Virus record (IMG/VR): IMGVR_UViG_3300032216_000903
Span: 1 to 64,000 of that record
DNA: 64,000 nt
Source of the DNA: a virus
Lineage: Duplodnaviria; Caudoviricetes
Direction: 5' to 3' (one strand)
Part shown: piece by piece, positions 63,463 through 64,000 of the stretch
How positions within the stretch are numbered: position 1 is the stretch's first letter
How the letters are laid out: every line of letters begins with the position of its first letter
Made by a program: the position numbers and the translations under genes
The notes under the pieces: model-generated
What the model was told of the DNA's origin: nothing
The model's input: only the letters and a program-made list of their open reading frames with translations
Database searches by the model: none

Positions 63463-64000
63463 ATGCATCTTCACGAGTCCGCGATGCTCGTCCTGAACGA
63501 GCAGAGGAGTAAGCGTAACAAAGAGATCTTACGTGAGGCTTTTCAGTACGATGTCCGTCGCCTCGAAGAAGCTCGTGCATATGCGGATAATCTTCTTAAC
63601 GAAGGCGTACTGAGCGAAAGCGTCTATCATAGCATCTCGGATGAGTACCTCCTCGACGAGGGCATCTTTGATACGCTGAAGGCTCTGGGCAAGAACGTCG
63701 GTGGCGCGGCGGCTGCAAAGGTCAAGGATAAAGTTCAGGCGGCCGCGGCGGCCGTCAAGAGCAAAGTTCAGACGGGAGTCGACTACGCTAAGGCCGAATA
63801 CGCCAAGGCAAAGGAGCAAGGCAATGCCAAGGAGATGGAACGCCTTCAGTCTCGTCTGGCTCAACTTCAAAAGGGTGCTCCCGCCGCCGCAGCCGCACCT
63901 GCTGCCGCTGATGCTCCTGAGACTCCTGCTCCTGCCGCAGCACCCGCCGCGGCGGCTAAACGTCCCGGTCGTCCGGCAAAAGCTGCTCCTGCGGCCGCTC
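63463..64000 (+). CDS. Late protein, 3'-truncated by window edge
   Basis: Open frame MHLHESAMLVLNE...LLNEG...LLDEGIFDTLK...Ala/Pro-rich. Confidence 0.7.
   Translation, partial: MHLHESAMLVLNEQRSKRNKEILREAFQYDVRRLEEARAYADNLLNEGVLSESVYHSISDEYLLDEGIFDTLKALGKNVGGAAAAKVKDKVQAAAAAVKSKVQTGVDYAKAEYAKAKEQGNAKEMERLQSRLAQLQKGAPAAAAAPAAADAPETPAPAAAPAAAAKRPGRPAKAAPAAA

Overview
64 kb from a large T4-like (myovirus) phage genome; essentially every gene is on the + strand. Left to right: 3' part of major capsid gp23, gp3, uvsY, uvsW, late sigma gp55, gp47/gp46, a vWA-metallopeptidase/MoxR-AAA pair, gp45-GroES-gp44-gp62-regA, a HAD-nucleotidase/lysozyme fusion, hsp20, DNA polymerase gp43, an AEP-type primase-like gene, an 8.6 kb glycosyl-/methyltransferase island, and a tRNA/structured-RNA locus. 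Then comes a base-modification island (Nmad-like, gp42-type dCMP hydroxymethylase, dCMP deaminase, UDG-like, two HMUDK/aGPT-Pplase1-like paralogues around a PLP enzyme, an SGNH-like protein, a GIY-YIG homing endonuclease, a C5-methyltransferase-like protein with a degenerate SAM motif), followed by uvsX-gp40-gp41, thyX, a GHMP kinase, and about 18 kb of mostly late genes, many with capsid-targeting-like leaders. The best candidate for a new system is the modification island. It pairs a cytosine-specific hydroxymethylase with enzyme families known from thymidine (hmU) hypermodification, has no T4-type glucosyltransferase, and two of its proteins end in the same sliding-clamp-type tail as the polymerase. 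The second candidate is a set of probably virion-packaged proteins, including an array of promoter+leader cassettes with variable cargo and a ligase-like/nucleotidyltransferase pair. All family calls come from motif recognition by eye; no database search was run.
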